DNA from: Okamejei kenojei
Lineage: Eukaryota
Length of the DNA: 64,000 nt
Assembly (NCBI GenBank): GCA_035221665.1
Contig: CM069131.1
Span: 39,432,001-39,496,000 of the forward strand
Reading direction: 5' to 3'
The position numbers and the translations under genes were made by a program. Position 1 is the first letter of the stretch, and each line of letters opens with the position of its first letter. The notes below the pieces were generated by a model, which made no database searches, was not told where the DNA came from, and was given only the letters and a program-made list of their open reading frames with translations. Shown here in pieces: positions 50,271 to 64,000 of this stretch.

Positions 50271-52854
50271 GACAGCACATATTTTATGTTACTATGTTGA
50301 TGTGACTTAATAGGACCAGCCAGATGCTGAGCCCTCTGTACAGAAGAAAAAAAAATGAAATTAGCCCAGCAAATCTTATTATTTTATCTATCTAACATCA
50401 AGGATACATCAGATGGGACCTTGTAAGTCTTTGTAAAGAACAATGGAGTATACAAATATTAAGTAATAAGTTCTGATGCAGGAGTTGAAGAGGTCATTCA
50501 TTCAAAGTTGTGAGGTCAATGGTTGGGGATAGATGATTTAAAGGAGAATTAATTTTGAATGAATACTTGAATAGGAAAATTATGAAGGAATAACGAGAGG
50601 CAGGAAAAGATAATTTGAAAATAGACCTAGTGCTATAGGGCTAGAGGTGTGCTGGTGAATTGATCTGAATGGACTTTCCGGCTGAATTGTACAGCGGGAC
50701 TCAGAAAAATTAAGAATAATGTTTGTATCATCAGAAAATGGACATTGATATAGTGTATATGGCCAAACTTGGAGATCACAAATTAACCTTGAAATTATAC
50801 AAGAACACACGGATAAATGTGACTTGTTAGGCCAATGGCTCAGACCTTGGTTTCCTGTTTCTTCTACTAATTTGATGGTCTATATCGAAACCTGTCTTTA
50901 TGTTCTTCTGCAAACGGTTCTGCCTACAGTTGCACATTCTGTGGTACATTGTTTTCCTTCTTTGCCTTTTTATTATATGGGTTTGCTTTACCTCTTTATG
51001 CTTTCTTACCTCCCATCTCTATTTTGTCATCACTTGCTCTTTCTATTATTTTCTCCAGTGCCCAGCACCTAATTTTGCATTCCAATCTCCCATTGCAAAA
51101 ATAAATTAAGTTGGTGCACTCAGCAACAAAAATAGATTAACTCCATCCTGAGTGATTGATCTCATACTTTGTTTTGCTCCTTCTTTCTTACACATTTAAG
51201 AGAGGCATCAGCTGCAGAAACAAAAAAGGCAAACCTTTTTCCACTAGTGTGGCAGAAGCCAGGCAATGACGTAACCACGCAGAAGGCTTTCATAGCTTGC
51301 AAGTATTCACAACAAAATAAAACATTCTTCCCCTCTTCTTTAACTCCTGAAATGTTCAAAGACCTCTCATGACAAAAAAAAAATATCTGGCACTTTTTAT
51401 GATCCTTTCAGAATATGCCCTGGCACAATATAGCACATCAAGGGTAAATCTAAGTATTGAAGAAAGCTGTTCGTCAGGTAGAAACAGAATAATATGAAAA
51501 TAATATTTGGTCATGTTGAAGACCTTGGATTGGCAGTGTGACACAAATACATTGTGTGTTTTTGATAAGTGGCAAATATGCCATGTTCTGTGACTGTTGG
51601 AGAATACCAATATTCCCAGCACCATTTGGGACCTAGAAGTGTCAGCTTTATGGTTATTAATAATAGCAACAGTTAGGGAGTGGGAGATAGCAGCGGTAAT
51701 CAGGTGCAAGGAAGATTCACCGGGTTAGTGGGCAAGTCAACCTGCATGTCCAAGGAAATCGACGGCTGTAGGCCCACTTGCCTGGAATGAGCACCACTCA
51801 GAATACCTAGAGCGTGGACTGGACTTAGAAAGTGCGGGCTCAGTAGGCTATTTCTGTACAATCAGCTAATCGGGGATATGCTTGGGTATGGCAAAACTCT
51901 GCTGGACTGTTTGTAAGAAAATAATTTCACCGTGTGTTTGCACTTCGCACATGTGACAATAAAAACGCCATTGAACATTGCCTGGACTGGAGCATTTCAG
52001 TTTGCAGGAGAGATTGGATAGTCTGGATTTATTTTTCTGGAGCGATGGAAGCTGAGATATGTCAACTTTTGAGTGGGTGGGTGGAGAAGGTGGGGTAGAC
52101 AGTAAGAATCTTTGTTTTCCATGGTGTGGGTGTCTAAAATGTGGTATAACTATTCAGGTGAGAAATAGGAGGTTTCGAGAGGATATAATGGAATTTTATA
52201 AATACAGAGTAGCATGACATTATTCCCAACTTTAATCCCTTATCATGTTTCTATGTGCTGTAAATGGCTCGATTGTAATCATGTACTGTCTTTCCGCTGA
52301 CTGGACAGCATGCAACAAAAGCTTTTCACTGTACCTCGGTACAAATGACAATAAACCAAATTGTAACTGGCTTACTAAGGCATATGAACCAAATGTGTGT
52401 GAATGGGTTTAATATTGATGGTGGTGCCAAAGGGCATGTTTTTGTGCAGAATGACTGTGATCAAAGACACAGGATGACCTCTAGAAGGGTGAAACAGGAA
52501 TTTTGTGGTATATGCAAGTTATTAAGAGGACGAGATGGCAGAATATTCTGAATGGTTAGGGTCTCAGAGGCCATAGCGTGGGGCCTGAGAGGAGATAATT
52601 GAATATGGTTCAGAATTGGAATCAGAGCCTTGGGTGTGGGCCAGACCTCAGTGACAGGGACAGTATTGTGATTGGGGTCGGATGTATAATCATGAGTTGT
52701 GTAAATGTAATGTTTGAAACTCGGGCTGGCTGGGAGTTGATCAACCATCAGCATTTTTGTGATTGAGTCTTGGGGGTTGGGTGATGATTAGAAGTCAAGA
52801 GTTTATGACTGGAGTCAGAGCAAATGACCAGAAGTCCTGGTTGATCAAGAGATG

Positions 52855-55440
52855 GAATCATAAAGTTACACAGCATGGAAACAGTCCCTTTGGCCCAATT
52901 TTCCCATGCCGACCAACATGCTCCATCTACACTAGTCCCACCTGCCTGCATTTGGCCCGCTCTGCCCTATCCACGTACCTGTTTAAATGTATCTTAAATG
53001 TTGTGATCGTACCTGCATCAACTTCCTCTTCTGGCAGCTTGTTCCATACACCCACCACCCTTTCTGTAAATAAAGGTTACCCCTCAGATTCCTAATAAAT
53101 CTCCCCCCCCCCCCCCCCTCTCACCTTAAACAATAGACAGTAGGGCAGGAGTAGGCCATTCGGCCCTTTGAGCAGCACCGCCATTCAATGTGATCATGGC
53201 TGATCATCCCCAATCAGTACCTCGTTCCTGCCTTCTCTCCATATCCCTTAACTCCACCATCCCTAAGAGCTCTATCTAACTCTCTCTTGAAAGCATCCAG
53301 AGAACCAGCCTCCACCACCCTCTGAGACAGAGAATTTCACACACTCACAACTCTCTGTGAGAAAACGTTTTTCCTCATCTCCGTCCTAAATGGTTTACCA
53401 CTTATTCTTAAACTATGGTCCCTGGTTCAGGACTCCTGGTCAATATGATTCCTGCCTCCAGCATGTCCAAACCGTTAACTATGTTATATGTTTCAATAAG
53501 ATCCCCTCTCATCCTTTTAACTTCCAGAGTATACAAGCCCGGCCGCTCCAATCTATCAATATTTGACAGTCCCGCCATCCCGGGAATCAACCTTGTGAAC
53601 GTATGCTGCACTCCCTCAATAGCAAGAATGTACTTCCTCAAATTTGGAGACCAAAACTGCACACGATACTCCAGGTGTGGTCTCACTAGGGCCCCGATGT
53701 CCTTCAGTTTTATGCCCTCCAGTTTTTGATATTCTGGGCAAAAGACTCAGTGCATTTACCTGATCTATTTCTCTCATGATTTTGTATACCTCTATAAGAT
53801 CACCCCTCATCTATTGTGCTCCAAGGAATAAAGTTGCTGCCTACTCAACCTCTCCCTATAACTCAAGCCTCCGAGTCCTGACAACATCCTCGTAAATCTT
53901 CTCTGCATCCTTTCCAGCTTGACTTCTTTCCTACAACATGGTGACCAAAACAGAACACAATACTCTAAATGTGCCCTCACCGATGTCTTATACTCAGTTT
54001 CTATACTCAGTAGTCTGACTGATGAAGGGCAATGTCCCAAAATCCTATTTGATCACCCTATCATTCTGGGATGCCACTTTCAAGGAACTATGTACCTGCG
54101 CTCCTCTGCCCCTCTGCTCTACAACACTCCTCAGAGCCCTACCATTCACCATGTAGTTCCTGCCTTTGTTTGATTTACCAAAATACAACACCTCACATTT
54201 CTCTGTATTAAATACCATTAACTATTCCTCAGCCTACCTGGCCAACTGATTAAGATTCTGCTGCAATTTTTGGCAACCATCTTCACTATCCACAAGACCA
54301 CCCATTTTAGTGTCATCTGCAAACTTGCTAATCATGCCTTGTAGTTCTCATCCAAATCATTGATATAGATGACAAACAGCAATGGGCCTAGCACCGAGCC
54401 CTGAGGCACACCATTAGTCATAGCCTTCCAGTCTGATAAACAATCTTCCATGATTATGCTCTTTTTTTCCATGAAGCCAATTTTCTATCCATTCAGCTTT
54501 CTCTCCTTGGTTCTAATGTGATCTGACCTTCCAGAGCAGCCTACCATGCCGAACATTGTCAAATGTCATGCTGATATCCATATACAGTATACAATGTCTA
54601 CAGCTCTGCCCTCATCAACTATTTGGGTCACATCTTCAAAAACTCGAATCGGATTTGTGAGACAACTGTTATGTACAAAGCTGCGCTGACAATCAGCCCG
54701 TGTCCATCTAAATACATGTACATCATATCCCTCAGAATACTCGCTTGTAGATCTCTGACCACAGATGTTAGGCTCACTGGCCTGTAGTTCTTAGACTTTA
54801 CCCTGCAGCCCTTCTTAAATAGAGGCATAACATTTGCCACCTGCAGTCATCCAGTACTTCACCCATATTTAATGATGACTCCAAAATGTCAGCCAGGGCA
54901 CCTATAATTTCCTCTCTATCTTCTCACAGTGTCCATGGATAAATCTGATCAAGCCCAGGAGATTTGATCTATCCTCATACGCGTTAGGGCCTTCAATACC
55001 TCCTCGACCGTAATACTGATTGCTCTCAAGATGCTACCATTCATTGCCCCAAGTTTTCCTATCCTCATGTCTTTCTCCACGGTAAAACAGAGGAAAAATA
55101 CTCATTGAGCACCTTACCCATCTCCCGTGGCTCTACACAGATTTGATCGATTTGATTCCTGAGGGATCCCATTCTCTCCCAGTTTACACTTTTTCCATTC
55201 TGTACTTATAACATCTCATGATTATCCTAATGGTTATTTGCCAGAGCCGTCTCCTGCCCCTTTTTGCCCTCCTGATTTCCTTTTATAGCTTACTCCTCAG
55301 TTCTCAACTCCTCCAGGGATACACTTGATACCAGCTGCTGATACCTGCCCCATGCCATATCATTAACTGTGACCAGAGCCTCTCAATTTCTCTTGTCATC
55401 CAAGCTTCCTTACACCCACCTGCTTTGACCTTCACTCTGA
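52855..55440 (-). mobile_element. Long CR1 LINE remnant (RT domain to 3' end) with a second CR1 nested at ~53131-53693
   Basis: Minus-strand ORFs: ANVMPLFKKG..NYRPVSLTSVV, VRAHLEYCVLFWSP..QRRFTRML, RGDLIEVYKIMR. A second RPHLEYRVQFWSP...RGDLIETY copy has its own tail. Confidence 0.9.
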
Positions 55441-58194
55441 AAAAGAGCACATGATTATCAGTTAAATTGGTGACTAAGAATTGAGATTAAACCTGGATGC
55501 AAAGAAAACTAGGCAGACATGCATAGCAGTGCAGATTTTTAAAAACATGTTCTATGAGTTTACATTGACTACAAAATAAATTGTTGCTTCCCAGAGCAGC
55601 ACGATTCAATTCCTTGCATTGTTCCAACATTGCTTTCAAAGTGACAACATTGAAGTTTGATATGATTATGTCAAGACTGAAACACAATATGAGGTACTTG
55701 GCTTCATATTGGCAAAATTTGCGGCACAGCATTGAATATGATAAAACATTGCAGGTGAATCTTTTTGTTTTAACAGTCCATATTGAATCCCATTGCACTG
55801 ATTAAACAACATGAAGGCATCCAACATCGGGGCTGCAGTTTTCATCCAAGAAATAACACCATTGTGTACACAGCTGACTCCCACAAAATCAACAAAAACA
55901 TTTCATGACACAAGAGCCCTCAAATTCCCACGTTCCTTTTTCAAGAAAGTTGTTTATTTCTGAAGTGGAATGCAATAAAGGTCATCCCTGGATTGAGTTA
56001 TATCCTCTCAGGAAATTCCTCTCAGGAAATTCAACCTGGCATTTCTGATTGTGATTTACCTTTGAAGGCCTGAAGTTACTTTTTGCTTGCAATTGGGGCC
56101 TGGACAATTAGATCACTTTGCCTTCTAGACAAATTTCACATGATCTCAGAACTATGCTTTGTCGTGCTCTTTGAGGAACCTGTGCAGGATCCAGATCCAT
56201 GATTTTTCCATCGTACCTGCTCTCGTTGGGCTACTTTCCCCAAACTACCTGATGCCACCCCATTATCTAGCCTCCAATTTCAAACTACTTCCTTCTTTTT
56301 TCAAGGCTCAGATCTATATCTTTTCATTCATGCGTCCCAGTTATGGTCTCCGCTCACAATCCTTTACTGGCTCTGATCTCCAAATGCAACCATCTCCTCC
56401 ACCCATCTTACCAAGCTTGTGATATCACATTAGATTTCCCCATTGTTTCCAACCAGGCTCTGCTGGCTTCCTGTCTGACCTCCACGCAAAGTGCTCAAGG
56501 GACTGATGGATGCTAACTCCGCTGTTGGGAGTTGGCATAAAACTTCTATGTTGCGACAAGTAAGAAAATAGGAAATAAATGAGTGTGGTATTCAGTTATT
56601 CTCTATTTCCATTTTTTATTTTCCAATGTATTCAACATTTATCACAACATATTCTTACCAAATGCTACATGTTCCTCATTCTCTATTTTTCTTCCTTCCA
56701 TTATCCACAAGTTAATAATAGAACAACTTCGAATCTTGTTGCATTTATAAAATATACTCATGACTATGACTTAAGAAAAGATCATTGCTAATCTGTCTTT
56801 ATTTAAGGAAAAGTGTGTTGGATGTTAATATTTTCAATTTTGACTGACTAACTGGAGAAATAGCTTAGGGATAGTATATATTCTCACAACAGCACAGTTT
56901 ACAGACTGGGAGAGGAAGATCAACGATCAATTCTACTACTAATCACTTTCTGTTCATTTTTGTTGAAAATACATATGCATGGTTTTTGTGCAGAGGAAGC
57001 GTTGGGTTTGGCTATGAAAACCTAGTATGTGTGATCTAGACAAACATAAATAAAGACAAATCAGCTGATGAACTGGAGGATTCAATGTAAAAAGGATTCA
57101 GGAGAGAAAAAAATCCTTAGTTTCCATCCAAATGCAGTAGGACAGTCAGGCATGAAAATATTGCAATGAAAAAGGCTGGTCAAATTGCAAAGCTAGTTTT
57201 CAACCAGATAAATTTGTTCAACTCCAAAAAAAAAGGAGAGATAACGATAGCAAAGAAAAATTGGCAAGCAGCATCATTTCACTTAATGTGACCCAGTAGA
57301 AATGTGTTAAATAGGAATGAATAGGAAATGATTTGGACATTGAAATTCTTTTAAACGAGCATGAATGGAAATAGTTTGTCACATGCCGGCTTTGTGTAAG
57401 AGAATGAAAATAGTTTAGTGCTTTGGATTCCATTGTGAATTGCTTCACTGGCACTTAGTATAAATGTGTGTGCCTATTCACAGCTTATGGCATGCATACA
57501 TTCATTAAATGATAAAATATTCCACATATATCATTCATGTCGTGACTCTCCAACCATGTGTGTGGTTGGCAAGTTAGTAGTTGCAGTATTTCATGTGTGC
57601 TTTTCCTGTTGCAGCTCTGATACAAATCTAAATGTAATGAAAGTAAAATACCATGATATGTGATACTTTATTATTTACTTTAAAGAGGATTTTCTTTCCT
57701 CAACATTGTTCAAAATAGAATACTAACATGCTTAAATTATTTCTGAGAAGTATATTGTCCAACGAATATAATTCCAACAAAATGCTGTTCAGTTCACTTC
57801 TTATTTAAAAAACGTCTCAGTGTATTGATGTTGGGGAGGGGGTGGAGAGAGGCGAGTGTGGGGGAGGACTGCATACTATTCAAGGATTCATTAGACAGTT
57901 TCAGAATGTGCTCTTGTTTTGATTCCTGCTAACCAATACCACATATGGTTCTGCTTTATTGACATTGCTAAATAGAGAAAGGATAACACAGTAGCTTGCT
58001 GGCTCAGAACCACATGGAACAGATTACAACAAAGAACCCACATACCTAAATCCAAATGTGCTATTCCAGGACAAGACCTCTTCAGAGGTGCTTTCCTGCA
58101 GGAAAAGACATTTGTAGGACAACATAACACCCATTTCCTTTCTATATTATTAACTGGTTAATTCAAGAGAATTGTGAGCTATAGGCAACGGACA

Positions 58195-58530
58195 GATTGG
58201 AATGTAGAACAGTACGCCATAGAAACAGGCCCTCGACCCACAATGTCCATGCCAAGCATGATGTCAGGTTAAACTGACATCCACTGCCTGCACATGATCC
58301 ACATTCTTCCATTCTCTGCATACCCATGTGCTTATTTAAAGGCTTAATTGCTACTAACATAATCTGCCTCCCCACCACCTCCGGCAGCACATTGCAGGCA
58401 CCCATCACCCTTGGTGTAAAAAAAATGTGCGTGACACGTCTCTAAATTTTGCCCCTCTCACTTATGGCTGTGCCCTCTAGTCTTTGATATTTCCACTCTG
58501 GGGAACTGTCTACCTATCTAGGCCTCATAT
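58195..58530 (-). mobile_element. CR1 LINE 3' fragment
   Basis: agaaacaggccctcgaccca...cctccggcagcacattgcaggcacccatcaccc. A similar piece lies at 62105-62345. Confidence 0.75.
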
Positions 58531-59171
58531 GCATTGGAGATTGTTTTAGCCAAAGACATTTGAGGCAATGAGGAGAAATTATGAAACATCAAGAGCGAAG
58601 GGATGTATTTATGTTGGTCTTCTTCTGAGTGCTTAACTAAGTCTAAGTTTGTGAAGCCTTTTAATGTTGGGAAGGGTCCCAGTCACAGTAATGAAAATGT
58701 GGCTGAAATATAGGCCACTAAAAATAGAATGGATGAAATAGAGTATTTGCAGTTATTGGGTAAAACAGGAGTACAATTTAAGCTACAACATGTCTAGATA
58801 AGATGCAGGAAAACATTAAGAAATTGGATGTCAAAGATTTTTTTCGTGGTTGATTCGCTTTAGTCCATACAGTCTGGCATTAACAGGAGTGACAGATACA
58901 TGGAACCTCTGGCAGAGTTGACTTAGATGAAAGAGTTCAAATGTAGGTGAAATTCCAGAAAGGTTGAGGTGGGGTAGTTGACGAAGGTGGTTTGATCCTG
59001 AGATTTACATGAGGAAATGAGAAGAAAGTGATTTGACATAGAAATAGTATATAAACTTCCATGTTCTGAATTTAAAATAATGGCATTCATTTTGGCAGTT
59101 ACAGAAATTATATGTTGGCAATTGTCAGCATCAAGACTAATTTTTTGCTTCTGTCTGTTCTTTTTCCACAG

Positions 59172-59191
59172 CACGGAAGAGAATTTGCTAA
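59172..59191 (+). CDS. PCDH10: PCDH10 terminal coding exon: (T)RKRIC*
   Basis: Strong acceptor ttctgtctgttctttttccacag| followed by ca cgg aag aga att tgc taa. In phase 1 this gives ...PPYLTRKRIC*, the C-terminus I recall for mammalian PCDH10. Confidence 0.93.
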
Positions 59192-60860
59192 TCCCTTCTG
59201 TTGTTGCAGCACGATTTTGCACAAGCCAACAACTTAAAAAAAAAACCCAACTTCTTAGTCCATCATCCTGGCCATGAAGATGTGCATAATATAATCGGTT
59301 CCTATAATATTGGAGACAATCTTGCTAATGATGGAATCAAAGCTCTCAGCAGGTCTGAGACTCATGCGATTTGGAGACTTTTTGGAAATTACTGGTCTGG
59401 TGACAACCATGACCTGTGTGTGCCTGTTTACAGCACTCAATAACTCTTACTGAGCTCGCAGCTCTTTCTTTAATCACCGACCACACAGATCGGCACCAAA
59501 AGAAGCCAATTGTACAGAATCAAACAAATGTGCATTACAGATGCAATATCACTGTTTTAGATGTGACTGTTTTTTCTATTTTTTTGTGATGGAGTGTTCC
59601 CCAGGTTGCGCCAACTTTTCAAAACTGTGACTGTGTTCTTTGCGCCCACCACAAGGTCTTTCCAGTGACAAGTCACAGACCTACAATAATCAGAGCTCCT
59701 CAGTTCAGCAACATTCTGTAGTTTATACACAGTGTTACTTGCAAATGTGTTTACTGTACTCTTTTGAAACTGCTAAATAAAATGAAATGTACTCCTTTAT
59801 TTACCTTCCTTCCTGGAAGTGGTGGTATAAGTAAGGGGATGGTTTAACAATTTGGAAGATCAGTAATTCCTAGTATCTATTTATCCGTAGCTTCTTTAAT
59901 TTCCAAGAATGATTAAAACCACACGCAAAGAAGAATTAAAAAATAGTTACATGATAACTCTTGAAGCCATCAGTTAAATAATTTTTTTTATTTTCGTTTC
60001 CTCCTGCCAGATAAACCGTTTTGAGACATACCGGGTATTTTTTCATCATAAGTAATTGATTTGACTCCCAAGGAGGGACCAAAAATTCTGGCAGAGCCCT
60101 TATCTTGTATGTGTAATCTATAGATCCCTCCCTTGTGATGTCTTCTTCACTATTATTCAGGTGAAGAGACAGGTTTTAGGAATAAAGTTACCCCATAAAA
60201 TGTACTTAAGGAAATGATGTATGTTTCGAGTAACTTCTGGTAAGATTGGAATAAAACCAACCATAAGTGGGAGTGCATTTGATTGCCATAACATACTTGA
60301 TATGTTCCATGGACATATGATATTCCACTGAGCCCCATAGTCCATAGTTCCAGGGTTAATCACCACATTGGAATCCTAAGATCATGCCTTTGAGTGGAGT
60401 AACCTACCGTTAGCCAGCTCTTTTATATTATACAAGGGTCATTGCTTTTTGATTTTTGGTCAGATAAACTATTTAAACAAACCCCTATTTTAAGCTACCA
60501 AATTTAACTTTTTTAGAATTAAAAAAAAGAAAACAGGTTGAGGTGAAAATTGGGAAAAAATGACTTTTTAAAAAAAATAAAATATTATGAACAAATGGAT
60601 GTTGTATTTTTCTCACATTGTTGAAACAGTTTATTGTCAATAATAAAAACTGTAATACATTATTATTCTATCCACATTGTAATAGTTTATACGTGCTTAA
60701 ATAGTCAGCAAAACTTTACAACCTGAAATAAATATAATGCAACATGGCAATCATCTGGGTTAATTCAACAGGCAGTACAGAATAACGGTACAATTGTTTA
60801 CAATCATGGATTTAAAGTGCTATTCATTAAAAGTTCAGTGAATGCCAATTTTGTCTCTGT
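59192..60860 (+). other. PCDH10: PCDH10 3'UTR (end approximate)
   Basis: AU-rich sequence with no recognisable repeats after the stop codon. AATAAA at 59776, 60181, 60250 and 60642. The true cleavage site cannot be determined from sequence alone. Confidence 0.6.
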
Positions 60861-63123
60861 AATAATGTCAGTCAGATGCTGGAATTATTTTGTTAATTGC
60901 AGTGAGACATGGAAAAGTCTGTTGGAGCTTGTGCTCCTCAGTTGTGTTGATAACAGCAGACACACTATTCTTTGCCTGTAGGCCGTAGTTCATATCGTAA
61001 ACAAGTTAATGTTCCAGGAAATGATGAGATGAAAAATGAAATCTATGATTTGGCTGTGGGTTAAACTATCCAATTAAGAATCAACAGGTTTTTTTAGCAA
61101 AGATATTTGAACTCTCAATTTCTGAACATACAATGGACACACCTTAAGGGGAACAAAAACAACTGTTTCCCAATTCAATATGAAAAAGGTGAGAGAAAGC
61201 AGAGAGATCAGCTCATTAAATAAAACAAAAGCAGCCTTAGTTCTGTGGATTGACTGAATTCAGCACATGTGACATTAACCTGATTATTGAGCAATCTATG
61301 ATGTAATCTAGACTGGATTTTGAGTTAACACTATGGTTGAGGTTGGCGTGACAACAGTAAGGAAGGACTAAGATGTTTTTGTGACTTTTTTCAATAATCT
61401 TTGATGTTAGTGTTCAATTTGTGAATTTGTGAGTAGCACTTTTAAAGAAAATACAAAATTGAGATGATAAAAATGTAAAAGGTTGCAATTTTTATTTTGA
61501 ATTTATTGATCAGTGTAATTGTGATGCGGGTTATAAAATGTAAGATTACCTGCATTGTGGATTGAATTAAATTGCGTTAACCTTGTTTAGGAGTGCGTGG
61601 AGTTAGAATGGTAGTTAAGGATTATGCAACAGTGCAGTTCACTAGAAGAAGTGTGTATTTTGTCCCATTTCATTCCCATTTCATCCCTTCTTTGATAAAT
61701 TTAGCTTAACACCAGCATGTGCTCTGAGAGTATTTGCACTTGCATTACCATTTAATTTTTTCCTCCATGGAGAATAATTATTTGAGTTGAAGAATTTTGT
61801 GTTGTAACATTTTCTGAAGTTGGACAATCAAAATTAATTTAAATCAGATTCAACACCTGACATTTCACCTCCTCCTTTCCCACCATCTAGACAGTCAAAC
61901 ACTCTTTCCAATTGGTGGCACTGCCTGACCTTTAAGAAAACCAAATGCAGATTGGGCTCTGGTTGCAGAATATATCCATTGATTTAACTATTTCAGATTA
62001 CTTTTTTCCCTCTTAAAGTAATCTCACAGTTCAATCCCCTCCTTCAATTTAGACAACCCTCAATTATATATTATATTAGTCCTTGGCCAACCACCTTCAC
62101 TTAGATCATAGACAATGAAAGGTACAGTGCAGGTGCAGGCCCTTCAGCTCACAATGGTTACGTTGAACATGATGCCAAGATAAACTAATCTTATCTGTCT
62201 GCATATGGGCCATACCCCAAAATATCCCTAGGCTTATCCAAAAGCCCATTAACATCAGCATCATATCTGCATCCACCATCGCCCCTAGCAGCATGTTCCA
62301 GGCACCCACAAACCTCTGTGCAAAAAAAAAAACATGTCTCACATTCAAACTCCTGGTCTCTCACCTAATTACAGACTGTTCATTTTCTCCTACCCTTCCC
62401 CTACACTTTTATAATTGCCTTTTTCATATTTTTCTAATTCTCGTGAAAGGTTGTAGGCTAAACTGGGATGTTCCATCCATAGATGCTGCATCATCTGCTG
62501 AAAAATTTCAGCATTATTTGTCAGATTTACATCTCCAAAACTGTCCTTTTAAATCAAATTTATCTCTTTGAGGGATTAATATTGACCAGTTAAATATAAG
62601 AGGATGGGATATTCATGTGCTTCCCGTGTAGTTTACCCAACATTGGCCAAACCAGTGCAAAAGTTTAAATAATATAAGAAAGATTTGTATCTAAATTCAG
62701 GTTGCACAATTTTCTCTGTTAATTGGTGAAATACTGCAGGAATCTGGATCCACGCACAGATCCGGAGCAATTAAAATATACATGAAGCCTGATCACTGAT
62801 CACTGATCACTGTATAATTGTCACCTGCAAGTTGAGTCCTGAGATCATGAAAGGTTGAACAAAATCGGTCTTTATTTATTAAATGCATTAGGATGCAAGT
62901 GATAAAAGACTGCATGAGTTGCAGTCTAATTCGTACTGTATTTGCCTTTGCAAAAACACTTCTTGTTTTTTTGCATGTTGTGTTTGCATATTATTTACCT
63001 TCAGATGGCTTAAGGCAGAGGTACAATGAAGGTAATGCTGGATTTCACCATCATGCCTATCTTCATTCAGCTTTCAATCTAAGAATGCCTGCTACTTCCA
63101 GTTAAGTAGCTTCTAGGTATCTT

Positions 63124-63441
63124 GGTCATTCTCGGTGCAACAGCATTAGATTTGCTGCCTTACAGCGCCTGAGACACAGGTTTGATCTGGACTACGGGTC
63201 CTATCTATATGGAGTTTGTATGTTTTCCCCGTGACCTGTGTGAGTCTTCCCCGGGATCTCCGGTTTCCACCCACACTCCAAAGGTGTACAGGTTTGTAGG
63301 CTAATTGGCTTTGTAAAAAATGTAAATTGTCCCGAGTGTGTGTAGAATAGTGTTAATGTGTAGGGATCGCTGGTCGGTGCGGACTCGTGGGCTGAAGGGA
63401 TTATTTCCATGCTGTATCTCTAAACTAAACTAAACTAAACT
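63124..63441 (+). mobile_element. tRNA-derived SINE (HE1/V-SINE-like), full length
   Basis: tRNA-like head (ttgctgccttacagcgcc...ggtttgatc), body ggagtttgtatgttttccccgtgacc...ctccggtttcc, and tail gctgtatctc(taaac)n. Confidence 0.88.
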
Positions 63442-63569
63442 TATTCTGGGGGAGAAACCAAGAGTCTGTTCACTGTTACAAATTTGAGAGTGGGTCCAGA
63501 TTCCTGCACAATGTTTTACAAACTAGCAACAAAAGTTGAGGAAACAGAATTTAATTCGACTAATCTCTA

Positions 63570-63841
63570 TTAAGGGGCTGTCCCACTTGGGCGACCTAAT
63601 CCGTGAGTTAGGAAGCTTCAAGCTCGAGGACACTCACATGGAAAGCCTCGAACTGGATCGACCGTCCGCATTGAAACCGCGAGCTGGATTGATCGACCGC
63701 ACGCACACACGCAAACACACAAACACATCGCAAAGGCGGGGGCCAGGGAAAGCGGGGGAGCGCTGTCTGAAATTCACACCTGCAATGAAGAGGAAGGTAA
63801 AACGGCTGCACAGTAATGGTAAGTCCTTTAGCGAGCGTGGA

Positions 63842-63878
<37 letters not shown>

Positions 63879-64000
63879 AGGGGGGAGAGAAGGGGAGGGA
63901 GAAAGGGGGGAGAAGGAGTGGAGACACTTTAAAGAAGTATAATAAAGTTTAATGGCCATTTTACCTACCGGTCGGCTTTCCTTGCTCCTGAAAACCCCAG
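63570..64000 (+). mobile_element. Left part of a MITE-like DNA element (possibly PIF/Harbinger), runs off the window
   Basis: Starts taaggggctgtcccacttgggcgacc with an abrupt switch to GC/CpG-rich sequence. Contains a poly-G run at ~63843-63877. Confidence 0.6.

Noticed and set aside
63536-63952. 138-aa ORF with poly-Gly
   Set aside because: Produced by a poly-G run inside a repeat element.

Overview
Vertebrate genomic DNA, most likely a cartilaginous fish (skate/ray-like, inferred from the HE1-type SINE, CR1 and Penelope repeat content). It holds the 3' part of a protocadherin-10 (PCDH10, delta-2 protocadherin) gene on the + strand. The coding parts are the end of the large first exon (to 496; TM helix and juxtamembrane tail), then exons at 1316-1374, 1494-1600 (CM1) and 20529-20828 (CM2, WIRS), and a 20-nt terminal coding exon at 59172-59191 (TRKRIC*) followed by an AU-rich 3'UTR. 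All junctions are GT-AG and the phases join in frame. The rest is intron or downstream DNA filled with decayed mobile elements: CR1, RTE and Rex1/Babar-like LINE fragments, a near full-length Penelope-like element with many short terminal-repeat copies carrying hammerhead-ribozyme-like cores, tRNA-derived SINEs, two related solo-LTR-like elements and MITE-like elements. Most ORFs in the supplied track are spurious or TE-derived. I found no convincing wholly new system. The best leads are three candidate alternative terminal exons of PCDH10, the hammerhead-bearing Penelope repeats and several nested insertions. Repeat boundaries are approximate and family names come from recalled motifs, not database searches.
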